NCBI RefSeq assembly: GCF_006345805.1
Contig: NC_043014.1
Coordinates: 41,726,001-41,790,000 of the forward strand
Length of the DNA: 64,000 nucleotides
Direction: 5' to 3'
From: Octopus sinensis
Taxonomy: Eukaryota
How positions within the stretch are numbered: position 1 is the stretch's first letter; every line of letters starts with the position of its first letter. The notes under the pieces were generated by a model that worked only from the letters and a program-made list of their open reading frames with translations, made no database searches and had not been told where the DNA came from. Both the position numbers and the translations under genes were made by a program. This document shows positions 1 to 11,977 of this stretch, piece by piece.

Positions 1-112
1 GGTTGTAGACTTGTGCATGGGTTTTCATATATTCGTATATACTCCATATGTGTGTACATGCATGGCTGTGCGACGGTTTACTTGATGTTGCCCGTGTGCA
101 TGTACGTGTATG

Positions 113-153
<41 letters not shown>

Positions 154-278
154 TGTGCATCTGTCTAAACTAGGGATTTTCAACGTTTTGTACCATGCTG
201 GTCTCTTTCACCGAATGGTGTCGTAGAAGTGATCCCTCCCAGTGATTTACAAGATGAATTTTAAAATAAATAAGCATA

Positions 279-427
279 GGCGCAGGTGTGGCTGTGTGGT
301 AAAAAGCTTACTTCGCAGCCACATGTTTCCGGGTTCAGCCCAACTGAGTGGCACATTGGCCAAGTGTCTTCTACTATAGCTGCGGGCCGACCAAAGTCTT
401 GTGAGTGGATTTTGTAGACAGAAACTG
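279..427 (+). mobile_element. tRNA-derived SINE family A, 3'-truncated
   Basis: Head GGCGCAGGTGTGGCTGTGTGGTAA..GGTTCAG (A/B-box-like) plus core GGCCAAGTGTCTTCTACTATAGC; matches copies at 1748, 35848, 52285 and 57845. Confidence 0.85.
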
Positions 428-1047
428 TCTAGTACGGAGGGTTTTTTTGTCGGTGAATAGACAGTCTGTTTCTTAGAGTAAGCGTTATTTGACCTATGCA
501 ATCTTTATTACATCCTTGACATTTGATAACTTATATTAAATTGCTTGAAGAACCTATAAAGTGAATTTTAACGGTAAAAGTCTGTCCTGATTTGAATCTT
601 CATGTTGTGTCTTCAATAAGTTTGATGCAGGTCTCACTATTGGAGCGGCCACATTTTTTGACTGTTAGTGTATGAATTGTGAAAGGTAATTTAACATTTG
701 TGGGAATACTTTTAGGGACTTTGATTGTATTTTACTTTTGATCATTTTGTGTATTTCAAAAGCTTGTTTCATTCTTGGGTCTTGTTTTAGTAGTGCGATG
801 TTCTGATGGATAATATTGTAAATCTCTGTGTTTCTTGTGTTATGTATTGTAATAAGGGGTATATTAATGGATTATCTGGAGCGTTTTTCGTTTTTCGTAG
901 TTCTTCGATATTGGCACGTTCGACTCCGTTGTCCATTAGCATTAATGGATAATATCTTTTAAGTAGTACTTGTTTTACTTCTCGGAGACTTTTATTGCGA
1001 CTTTCAGGGTTTGATACAGTTGTGCAGATTCTACTTGTAAGATTGAA
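428..1047 (-). mobile_element. Penelope-like element fragment (post-RT linker and GIY-YIG endonuclease), decayed
   Basis: Minus-strand translation with stops and frameshifts: FNLTSRICTTVSNPESRNKSLREVKQVLLKRYYP..IPLITIHNTRNTEIYNIIHQNIALLKQDPRMKQ..CGRSNSETC..SSNLI*VIKCQGCNKDCIGQITLTLRNRLSIHRQ; typical PLE GIY-YIG pattern. Confidence 0.8.
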
Positions 1048-1117
1048 GATACACCATATAAATTCAAATCAAGGCAGACTTTTACCGTTAAAAATCACTT
1101 TACATGTTCTTCTAGCA
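1042..1117 (+). repeat. Inverted copy of PLE segment 542-617
   Basis: ATTGAAGATACACCATATAAATTCAAATCAAGGCAGACTTTTACCGTTAAAAATCACTTTACATGTTCTTCTAGCA is a diverged reverse complement of 542-617. Confidence 0.8.
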
Positions 1118-1455
1118 TTCTGTGCCTGACTGCTGCCACTAACAATGATTCCCTAATCTCGGGGCGTTCACTGCCAATTCTTACTCTGGCGACGCGTTTG
1201 TCACAGTAAGTCGGCAGAAATACCCATTCCTGTGTCCTTATCGGCACAATCGAATGGTTTATTGCGTCTTCTTCGTTGCCAAACCTTACTTCCACGCGTA
1301 TAAAATGTGGTCAGCATTTTTACGTTCTCAAGGCACTCCTCTATTGCCTCTATTGGAGCAACCTCTATCTTTTTAGAGGACGTGAATAGCGTTCTGCGCA
1401 CCACTGTCCTCTTCGTTACATTGTTAGTCAAATCTTGCGGTGGAGTCAGCCTCAA
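1118..1455 (-). pseudogene. LINE ORF1-like (RRM-type, L1/Tx1-like) fragment, frameshifted
   Basis: Overlapping ORFs 1201-1455 (KRTVVRRTLFTSSKKIEVAPIEAIEECLENV) and 1095-1295 (EVRFGNEEDA..WVFLPTYCDKRVARVRIG) join by a frameshift into an ORF1-like sequence; clade is my pattern judgement. Confidence 0.45.
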
Positions 1456-1911
1456 GCTGGCTTTTCCCTTTCTATTAATTTACTGCCCTCCTTCCACTTT
1501 CTGGGCTCTATCTTAATTTCTCATACTTCCAGGGCGTTGGTAGATACTCCTTTAATCGTGGCTGATGCATAGCTTCCAGCTGGTACATTTTCCAGCTCTC
1601 CTCTCTTCTCCACTTCACCCATAAACCCTCGTTCCTGTAGAACCCAAAGCTATGAGATCATTTCCTGAGATAATGGAAAGTGAAGAATTTCACATGCTTG
1701 TCAACATTTGTTCAAATATTGCTTTCCATGAGGACACCGAAAAGCTAGGCGTAGGAGTGGCTGTGTGGTAAGTAGCTTGCTTACAAACCACATGGTTCCG
1801 GGTTCAGCCCCACTGCGTGGCACCTTGGGCAAGTGTCTTCTACTATAGCCTTGGGCCAACCAAAGCCTTGTGAGTGGATTTGGTAGACGTAAACTGAAAG
1901 ACACCCGTCGT

Positions 1912-1959
<48 letters not shown>

Positions 1960-2150
1960 ATCCAAAAATGAAATCACAAAGAGAAAATACGTGGAACAAG
2001 TATTGTGTTATTCGACGCTCAAGAAAGGAAAGAAAGAAGGAAGATTTAGCGTTTCGAGCGGAGCTCTTCGTCAGAAACATAGAAAAAAGAAAGATCCAAG
2101 AAAGGGAAGACGGAGGAAAAAAAATCGCCAACGATACACACGCGGTCACG
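1960..2150 (-). mobile_element. Small non-autonomous element with a hammerhead-like motif (copy 1)
   Basis: Similar throughout to 37507-37710; flanked by microsatellites; no coding capacity. Confidence 0.7.
2044..2080 (-). ncRNA. Minimal type I hammerhead ribozyme-like motif (U16.1C variant)
   Basis: Minus strand GTTT-CTGACGA-A-GAGC-TCC-GCTC-GAAA-CGCT-AAAT: CUGANGA and GAAA core with a 4-bp stem II; cleavage triplet altered. Confidence 0.6.
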
Positions 2151-4069
2151 TATGTATGTGTGTATGTATGCGTGTGTGTATATGTTTGTGTGTCTATGTT
2201 TGTCCCCCAACATCACTTGACAACCGATGCTGGTGTGTTTACGTCCCCGTAACTTAGCGGTTCGGCAAAAGAGACTGATAGAATAAGTACTAGGGTTACA
2301 AAGAATAAGTCCTGGGGTCGATATGCTCGACTAAGAGGCGGTGCTCCAGCAAGGCCACAGTGAAATAACTGAAACAAGTAAAAGAGTAAAGAGTAATCTT
2401 ATTTGATTCAGTGGGTTATAATGTTCAACTTTATCCAAATACTTAGGTCGCAATTTATTGTAAATATTTTCTCGTAGTCAGAAGTCTTCAGGAGAATGGA
2501 TTTAGAACAAAAAAAAAATGAAATTTCATTGTATCATACTGGGACGATTTTACTGAATGACTGGTTTTCAAAGTTAGACACTCAGTTAACAGATGCACTG
2601 TTGTTCCATAGTTTTTGTCTTGTTTCATTTCTAATGTTGAGATTAACTGCAACGGAAATGTCATTGCTTACTAATCAGTCAATGTGCAAAATTTATTTAT
2701 ATTCATGTGTTCTTCCTTATTTACTTGATTCTCGCTAACGCTATCTGTTGTTAAACCGTGCAAGGTATTTCGAGATTGGGAATTCTGTTGTCAATTCTCA
2801 GATGCCTTGTTCTGTGTGTTTCTCAAGCATTGTAAATGGAGATTTGTGTTTAGGTATACTTATCCGTACAACAGTAGAGATTTTTACCTATAGAGTGATT
2901 TCAAAGCAGCTATGCATGAAGTAAATTTGTCTTAGCATATCCGTGTAACGAAGTTCGTATTATTGCCAATGTATTTTTCCCCCCGATTCCGTAGGCAAAT
3001 ATATTTTGTTGACAGCTGTTGAGCAAACTCCTCTGAGTTTAATTTCGTGAGAATTACATTGAATACGTAACAGAAGAATGCTGGTTTATTCATAGCTTAA
3101 CAGCTTTCAAGGGCTAAATCACAGCAAATACCGCATCTTTATTATAAGGCAGTATAGCTTGCTGAATCTGTTCATAACTATTCGCCTTCTAAATTTGCGT
3201 TTCACGAGAACCGACAATGCATTTCCTCTAACTCGGCTTCCATAAAAGAAGCAACAATGGATATATATATTTAGTTGAATTCCATCGGCAAAATCCGGCC
3301 CCTGCAAATATGTGGTTTTGTGTCAAATTAAGATGATTACACTAACGATTAACAGTTTAAAACTTCTAACTTCTAACCATCTCATCCAAATTTCATCATC
3401 TATAGTTCACACTTTGCCTTCTTCTCTTCTGTTTCGAATCAGGAGATGGTTAACCCTTTGGAGACTGATTGCATTCATCTCTATGCAAATATGATTTATT
3501 AACGTACAATTGAATGCTATTATATTTCGTATAATGATTTCGTTTTATCCTGAATGGATGGACACCTATGGATTCTGTAGTACGTTTAACCCTTTGAACT
3601 CAACATGATATTTGTTCGTGTGTAAATGGTCTTGGAGCATTGTAAATCAATTTCAACGTTACATTGTAGCTAATGATTCTTTGTCTCCTTTCTAAACGAA
3701 TCTCTCTCTCTTTCTCTCTCTCTGTTTCTGTCTCTGTCTCTGTCTATTTCTCTCTCTGTCTCTCTCTATCTTCTGTCTTCTCCCTTCTTTCATCTCTTTC
3801 TCTTTATTGCAATTTGTTTCTTTTCTATCATCCGGCAGTCTATTTAACTCCTTCAGCTAAATAGACTACGGGGAATTACATAAATATATATATAAATATA
3901 TATGTGTGTGTGTATATATATGTATATATATGTATGTATGTATATATATATTTGTATATATATATATGTATGTACATATATATGTATATATATATGTGTG
4001 TATATATGTATGTATATAAATCTATGTATATATATATATATTTATATGTATATATGTAGACATGCACGT

Positions 4070-4117
<48 letters not shown>

Positions 4118-4939
4118 CGTGTATAAACATCCAGAATGCACATATATGTGTATACATATATATATATATATGTGTGTGTGTGTGTATATAAATTTATACT
4201 CCTATCAATACATATATTGACGTGTACGTGCATATATGTGTATATGTGTATATATATATATACCCATACATGCACACAAACACACTTACACACACTCCCC
4301 GTAGTCTATTTAGTTCATTGACTCCTCTAAATTCCATCTTAATGTAAATGAGATTGCATTATTCAGGTTCAGAATAACATTATAACATTATATTACAGTT
4401 AATGTACCGTCCATTGTTTCCATGACCTACCATAATCTCCGCCATATTCAAAAGACTCTTTTCATGAAATACCTTAGAAAATTGTTTGATGGTTCAGTGT
4501 AGTAATATCTGGGAAATTCTATCGTCGGAGGAATCTATTCTGTCATTCCGGAATAGTTACACTGGTTAAGAAATATTTAAGCACGTCTTAGAAAAATATT
4601 TGATCTGAAAAGGCTTATCTTTTTTCCTTTTTTATGTTCAAGGAAAATATTGATGCCAGGTAACTGTTTATTGACGAATCAAAGAGAGAGATTTTACATG
4701 GTGTCAGTACAGCTAATGCTCTCCAATACTTCCTGAAGAGATATACCTTTCATCTTTACTATTTATCTTTGATTCATGTTGATCATTGGAGAACGGCCAT
4801 GTTGTGGCAATATTTCAAAGAGCTTATTTGAACAAATTCGAATTCTATGTTTTTTTCTTCTTATTGTGTCTCACCGTTGTAGGGATATAAAAAACCAACA
4901 CCGATTGTCAATCGCTAGGCATACGGATACAAACACACA

Positions 4940-4979
<40 letters not shown>

Positions 4980-5265
4980 ACACACACACACACTCACACA
5001 ACACACACACACAATCACATTCCACACTACATATGTATGTATTTGTGTGTATGTATGCATGTATGTATGTATGTATGTATATATTATGTATTTGTGTGCA
5101 TGCATGCATGGTGGGCAGATAGACAATTTTTGTGAACCAAATTCACAGACAAAAAAGGTGATCAGACCGCAATTAAATTAGATGAGCATTACCTAAAGCA
5201 GGACCGAAACCGAAACCACGAGATTACGAGATGAAGTTGTTAACGACAGAGCTATATAAAGATCA

Positions 5266-5420
5266 GGCGCTGATGTGACTGTGTGGTAGAAATTTCCTTC
5301 GTCTCCACATGCTTCTGGATTTAGTCTCACAACGTGGCACCTCGGGCTAGTGCCTCCTACTATAGCCTCGAGTCGACTAGATCTTTGTGAGTGGACAGAT
5401 ACACGGAAACTTAAAAAAGC
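5266..5420 (+). mobile_element. SINE family A, old degenerate 5' part
   Basis: GGCGCTGATGTGACTGTGTGGTAG..CTACTATAGCCTCGAG..TTGTGAGTGGA. Confidence 0.7.
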
Positions 5421-5426
5421 TCCTGA

Positions 5427-5770
5427 ACGGGACGACACCGCATAGTGACAAAAATGCGAGCAACGTCATCGCGCTTCAGGACCAGTTACTGCAATAGCCT
5501 GGGTTTCAGGGGCCCACAGATTTTTAATATTCTCCCAAAGAACCTTAGGAACACGCACAAAGTAGATGTAGGGTTTTTTTAATCAAAGCTGGACCTCTTC
5601 CTGTCGAGAGTCCCAGATGAACCTACCTCACGGCAAGAGGTGCAAATGAGGGCAGCTGCATCAAACTCCATTCTTCACCAAGTGCCACTTATTTAAGGTG
5701 GCTCTCAGTAATAACAGTGTAGCGAAACGGCGGTGCATCAGTATGGCCACATCTCTGAGCTGAAACTAGA
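5427..5770 (+). mobile_element. CR1/L2-like LINE 3' end
   Basis: Translation YCNSLGFRGPQIFNILPKNLRNTHKVDVGFF/KSKLDLFLSRVPDEPTSRQEVQMRAAASNSILHQ*; a second copy at 17575-17986. Confidence 0.7.
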
Positions 5771-5787
5771 GAGAAAAAAAAAAAATA

Positions 5788-5866
<79 letters not shown>

Positions 5867-5929
5867 TTCATGCATGTGTTTGTCCTCCATCACCACTTGA
5901 CAACCGGTGTCGGTGTGTTTACTTGAACC

Positions 5930-6154
5930 TATTTCTTTACTACCCACAAGGGGCTAAACACAGAGAGGACAAACAAAGACAGACAAACAGATTAAGTCGA
6001 TTATATCGACTCCAGTGCGTAGCTGGTACTTAGTTTATCGACCCCGAAAGGATGAAAGGCAAAGTCGACCTGGGCGGAATTTGAACTCAGAACGTAACGG
6101 CAGACGAAATACAGCTACGCATTTCGTGCTAACGTTCCTGCCAGCTCGCCGCCT
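5930..6154 (-). mobile_element. SINE family B with 14-bp TSD, nested in a SINE A-type tail
   Basis: TSD TGTTTACTTGAACC at 5916-5929 and 6160-6173. Confidence 0.9.
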
Positions 6155-6901
6155 TTATTTGTTTACTTGAACCGATTCGTTAAACTACAATTTTTCAAGG
6201 CAGTGCTCCAGCACAGCCGCACCGCAGTCTAATGTCTGAAACAGCTACAAGATAAAAGATACAAGACTTTTTATCGTTTTGTGATTCCCGCATATAAAAC
6301 TGAAATAATATATATCTAAATAAGTATGAACTTCATTGTCCAGCCGACTATAAACTCCAATCTTCATGAACGAACATGTGACTTTTATGTAACTACAAGA
6401 AACAATAGGTGATGGCTTCTTCACAATTAGATAATTTGGAGTATTTTAATGACTTAAATAATCTAACTTCTATTTTATAACTTCACAAGTTTTCTTTACT
6501 TCTTGAATCCGAACCGTTTTTATGTTCTTAAACGTTTCTCTATTAAAATAATGGTTATTTTATATTATGAATGAATTAACAGTTGATATCTGTAATGTAA
6601 AAAAATTATTATATTTGGCGCTAATTTTTAGGACTAAGTAAGAATGGCTAGTTGAGAACTCTGAAGATAACGGTTTAATCCCACCGCACTGCAACTGGGT
6701 GAGTGTCTTTTGCTGTAGCCCTGGGTTGACGAATACTTTGTAAGTGAATTTGTAGACGGATGTATAAATATATATATGTATATATATATGTGTGTATGTA
6801 TGTGTGTATATGGGTGTGTATATGTATGTGTATTTGTTTGTACGTGTATATATATATATATAAATACATACATATATATATATATATCATTCATATATAT
6901 A

Positions 6902-6932
<31 letters not shown>

Positions 6933-7635
6933 AATATGTATATGTATAAATATATATATATATATTTATTTATCTGTAAATATAATACGAATTCCTCTAT
7001 TTACATAATATTCAGGCCTCTTTCTTTCTTTTGTTATCTTACCATTTTTACCAATATATATTCATTTATATATTTACTCTGCAAAACCCTAATTGTTTTT
7101 GCATGCTATATCTTGCCCACAACAAACTTGTAAACAGTCGCCTAGATATATACCATTACTAATCATAAACAGTATTATTCAGTCTGCAGTGATTATTCAA
7201 AAAACTATCTAAGGGTATATTTTTCTGCCTCTGAAGAGATTATTAGCGGTTCGGCATAAGAGACAGATAGAATAAGTGCTAGGCTTACAAAGAATAAGTC
7301 CTGGGGTCGATTTGATTCGACTAAGGGCGGTGCTCCAGCATGGCCGCAGTTAAATGACTGAAACAAGTAAAAAAAATAAACGAATAAAGATGATAATAAT
7401 TTGCAATAGAATCCATGGTTCTTTGCTTATTGAATAAAAATATCTGCTCTTAAGTGCTTCTGGTTACATGTAACTGTGTACAAACTGTCGCATGGTCGGT
7501 TGATCGGTGACTAAACTGGCAACCCCACCAAGCTTGCTGCGTATGGAGGGTGATTTATTGGCATCCTGCGGGACGAAAAATAAAACCCGTCCGAGCGCGG
7601 AGGAATTCAAAGGAGTAAGCAACCTTCAAATGTGT

Positions 7636-7800
7636 GAAGGCGCGTGGCCTGGTGGTTGGCGTGTAATACGCCAACCACCGGGGCAAGATCACAAGATCAC
7701 GATTTCGATTCCCAGACCAGCTGTGCATAGTATTCTTGAGAAGTGTACTTTATTTCACGTTGATTCATTCCACTCAGATGTGAACAGGTAGCCTTGTGAC
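7636..7800 (+). mobile_element. SINE family C, 5' part
   Basis: GAAGGCGCGTGGCCTGGTGG..TTCGATTCC..CTTGAG..ACTTTATTTCACGTTG..CCACTCAG, related to the copy at 21670. Confidence 0.65.
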
Positions 7801-8907
7801 GGATTGGCATACGAGACTAAGATGATGACTCAGAAAATGACACGAACCGAGATCTCGCGAGCCATGCTTTATATTTAACAACCGAAAGGATGAATAGTAC
7901 AACCCGCACTGTAAATGCCGACAGGATGCGTTTAGTTGATCAACCACAACGAGGGGTAGTGGCATTGATGACAACGACAACGACGACGACGATGATGAGG
8001 AAAATCCCTTCCTGGTCAACTGCGCTTTCATCTCCTGAGGGTCGATTCGATAAGATATTATAAAAACCAAAGTTGAAATTGCTAGGATTTGGACTAGTGT
8101 CAATTCCATCGGGTAATCCTCTCCTCAATAATTTCAGACACATAACTATATTAGAAGAAAAATTAGTATTTAAAATTATTTGTATTTAGCATATAATCAT
8201 GCAAATTATTTATTGTCTAATATATCAGCCATTTTGTTTTCCATTGCGATGATTAGATTTTAATCTTTTAATGATTGCTTTACGTAATATGATTATTTAA
8301 TTATTTTTTCATCATTTATGAGTAGTAAATAAATAATTCATCGTTTTGTAAATTATTATTTCATCCGTACACCACAACATTGTAACCGAATATGACGCAA
8401 AGAGCATCAGTATCACGAGTGATCGAAATCTCATAAACACTACAAACGTTAGATCTGGCAATGAATTTGCATATTTGCATTGATATCTCGCAAAAATTAA
8501 TAATAAAACAAAACAAAAAAACAACAACTGTAAAGATATGTATAGAAGGCTTATATCGATAAACCCACATTTTTAAGGCAAGCGTTTCCAAAAGGAACTG
8601 ATTGTAACCTCGAAATGAAATACAGGAATCCATCCTCTGTCAATGGCTACGTGCGTTCACCCTTATCTTAATCTCTGTTTTACCCAAGTGTCATGGAGAG
8701 AGAACTTCAGAAAAGGACTGGAATATTTTAAAACTGTGATAGATTAAAATTGCATCCGTTTTCTAGTCGTTGTTGCTGTTGCTACTGTTGTCCTTTTCTA
8801 ATATCTGGGCAGCACTGATCAACTGCTGAAGCCGATTTATGATCAAAGGAATTCCATCTCTATTAATTAGGTCTTTTTAGGGATATGCAAGGCATATATT
8901 ATCTCAT

Positions 8908-9202
8908 GTGGAGGCGCAATGGCCTAGTGGTTAGGGCAGCGGACTCGCGGTCGCAGGATCGCGGTTTCGATTCCCAGACCGGGCGTTTTGAGTGTTTATT
9001 GAGCGAAAACACCACGAGGCTTCGGCAGGGGGTGGTGATCCCTGCTGTACTCTTTCACCAATCTTTCTCCCACTCTTTCTTCTGTCGGCCTGCTCGCTTA
9101 GCCAGCGGGGTGGCGTCATTCGAAGGCTAAAACAATGCGAACGCATTGTGACCAGCGATGTGTAACTACATCTGATGGTCTGGTCGGTCACGTGATCACG
9201 TA
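8908..9202 (+). mobile_element. SINE family D, full length, 12-bp TSD
   Basis: tRNA-like head TGGCCTAGTGGTTAGGG..GGTTTCGATTCC; TSD ATATTATCTCAT at 8896-8907 and 9203-9214. Confidence 0.9.
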
Positions 9203-9394
9203 ATATTATCTCATATTGTCATTTACATATTTAAGACAGCAGACTGTGATACATATTTCGCTATTATTTTTTAATAGGTAAATCGAGCCACTAACTTAGA
9301 TGCTCTATCGTTGGCGCGTTTCGTTGAAGGTTAAGTGATGTGGATGAGGTGTTTAATGTTTGGTAATAATTTAGTTAGGAAAGCAGCAATAGTG

Positions 9395-9468
9395 GTGGTG
9401 GTGGTAGTGCTGGTTGTAGCGGGAGAGGTATAGTTATAATGGTGGTGGTTAGAGCTGTTGCTGAGTTT

Positions 9469-9522
<54 letters not shown>

Positions 9523-10548
9523 ACAGCAGCAGCAGCAGTAGCAGCAGTAGGAGGAGGACGATGGGAGAAGGTGGGGAAGAAGTCGTGGTGGTGGTGAGGA
9601 AGGAGAGGATGGGTGTGGTAGAGGAGGAAGCGTGTGGAAGAAGTGGAGGGTGTGAGGAAGGAAAGGGTGGGTTGAGGAAGAGGAGGGTGTGGAGTGAGGA
9701 CGAGGAGGAGGAGGAGGAAGAAGAAAATGATGAAGGAAGGGGAGGAGGAGATTGGTGTCAGGTAAGGAGGAGGAGAATGAAGAGGATGGGGTGGGGAGGA
9801 GGAGAATGGGGATGAAGATGATGAGGATGAGGATGGGGTGAGGAGGAGTAGGAGGAAGAGGAAGAGGACGACGACACGAAGACGACGGCGACGGTGACGA
9901 TGACGAGGAGAAGGAAGAGGGAAAGGTGTTGGAGAGAGATTGCAGCATCACCGGATGTTTTGACCGAAGACAACTCTGGTTAAGCAGACTTATGATCGCA
10001 AACATTCCAACACTGACAAGCCCCATGCATCACGTGACTAGGACTACGTCATACATTGGCTCTCTTACGAAGATGGTAGGGTTAGAAGTTTCCAGAGATT
10101 TCGCCGGAAGATAGCTACTTCGATCGGGTTGAGAGATTCTTATAAGGGATTCTATGGGTGACTGCTATTCTTTAGCCCTAGGTCAGTTAATGGAGATAAT
10201 GGAGATAATGATGACGATAACGATGAGGATGAGAAAGATGAGGAAGAGGAGGAGGAGGAGGAGGAGGAGGAAGAGAAAAGATAAAGGATTGATGTGCTGT
10301 GTATGTGGAGTGGGGTGACCAGCTAAATATCAGATGGGGCAATGAATTCTCGCTGCTGCATCACTTATCTATATATTCGGTGTATATTGTCTAGATGTGT
10401 ATGTGTAGAGAGAATGTACAGAGATCGACCGAGAGGAGGATCAATATACTACAGATAAGGATAGGTGTGTGTGTGTATGTGTGTGTGCATGTTATCCGTG
10501 TATATATATATATGTGTGTGTATGTATATATATATATGCGTATATGTA

Positions 10549-10584
<36 letters not shown>

Positions 10585-11252
10585 GAGGGTGTGGGGAAGG
10601 AGAGGATGGGTTGAGGAGGGGAGGATGTGGGATGAGGATGAGGATGTGGGTGAGGAGTGGGAGGAGAAGGACTAGGAGGAAGGAGAGGATGGGTTGAGGA
10701 GGGGAGGATGTGGGATGAGGATGAGGATGTGGGTGAGGAGTGGGAGGAGAAGGACTAGGAGGAAGGAGAGGAGGAGAATGAAGATGAAGAGGAAGATGGG
10801 GTGATGAGGAGGAGGAGGAGGAGAATGGGGATGAAGATGATGAGGATGAGGATGGGGTGAGGAGGAGGAGGAGGCGGAGGCGGAGGCGGCGGTTGCGGCG
10901 GCGGCGTCGGAGGAGGGAGAGGACAACGACGACAGCGTATGATAAATATTGATACTTATTGAATACAAAACGGAAAAGAATGAGATGAAATGATATTTGA
11001 AGGAATATACAGAACAGAAAGAAAACTAAATAAAGAGTCAATTTATAATATTATGAGAAAGGGAAAACAAAAAAGAAAAAAAAGGTAAGTGTAAAATGAA
11101 CGGTAAGTAAAATCGATGAAATAATAAATGACAATTAATAGATTTATAAAAATAAGGAAATTGGAAGCAAATATCGAAATAAATGCACTGAGAGATGGAT
11201 ATATTGATAGGTTGTTAGATATATCGATTGGATAATAATAATAATAATAATG

Positions 11253-11290
<38 letters not shown>

Positions 11291-11291
11291 G

Positions 11292-11322
<31 letters not shown>

Positions 11323-11441
11323 TAATAATAATAATAGAAAGTAAGTATTAATGATAATAATAATGATGATGATGATAATAATATAATAATGATAATAATA
11401 ATAATAATAATAATAATAATATAATAATAATAATGATGATG

Positions 11442-11478
<37 letters not shown>

Positions 11479-11547
11479 TAATATAATAATAATAATGATG
11501 ATAATAATAATAATAAAAAGTAAGTATTGATGATAATAATAATGATG

Positions 11548-11604
<57 letters not shown>

Positions 11605-11751
11605 TAATAATGATGATGATAATAATAATATAATAATAATAATGATGATATAATAATGATGATGATAATAATATAATAATATAATAATAATAATATAATA
11701 ATAATAATAATAAAATAATAATAATGCTGATGATGATGATGTTGATGATGT

Positions 11752-11825
<74 letters not shown>

Positions 11826-11941
11826 GTGGTGGTGATGGTGGTGGTGGTGGTGGTGGTTGTTATGATGATGATGATTGATGATGATAATGATAATGATGGC
11901 GTTGATGATGATGATGATGATGATGATAATGATGATGATGT

Positions 11942-11977
<36 letters not shown>

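Larger units (their letters stand above)
1748..2396 (+). mobile_element. SINE family A, full length, with a nested insertion in its internal microsatellite
   Basis: Head at 1748, internal (CA)/(TA)n at 1912-1960, tail GGCGGTGCTCCAGCAAGGCCACAG..GAAACAAGTAAAAGAGTAAAGAG. Confidence 0.9.
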
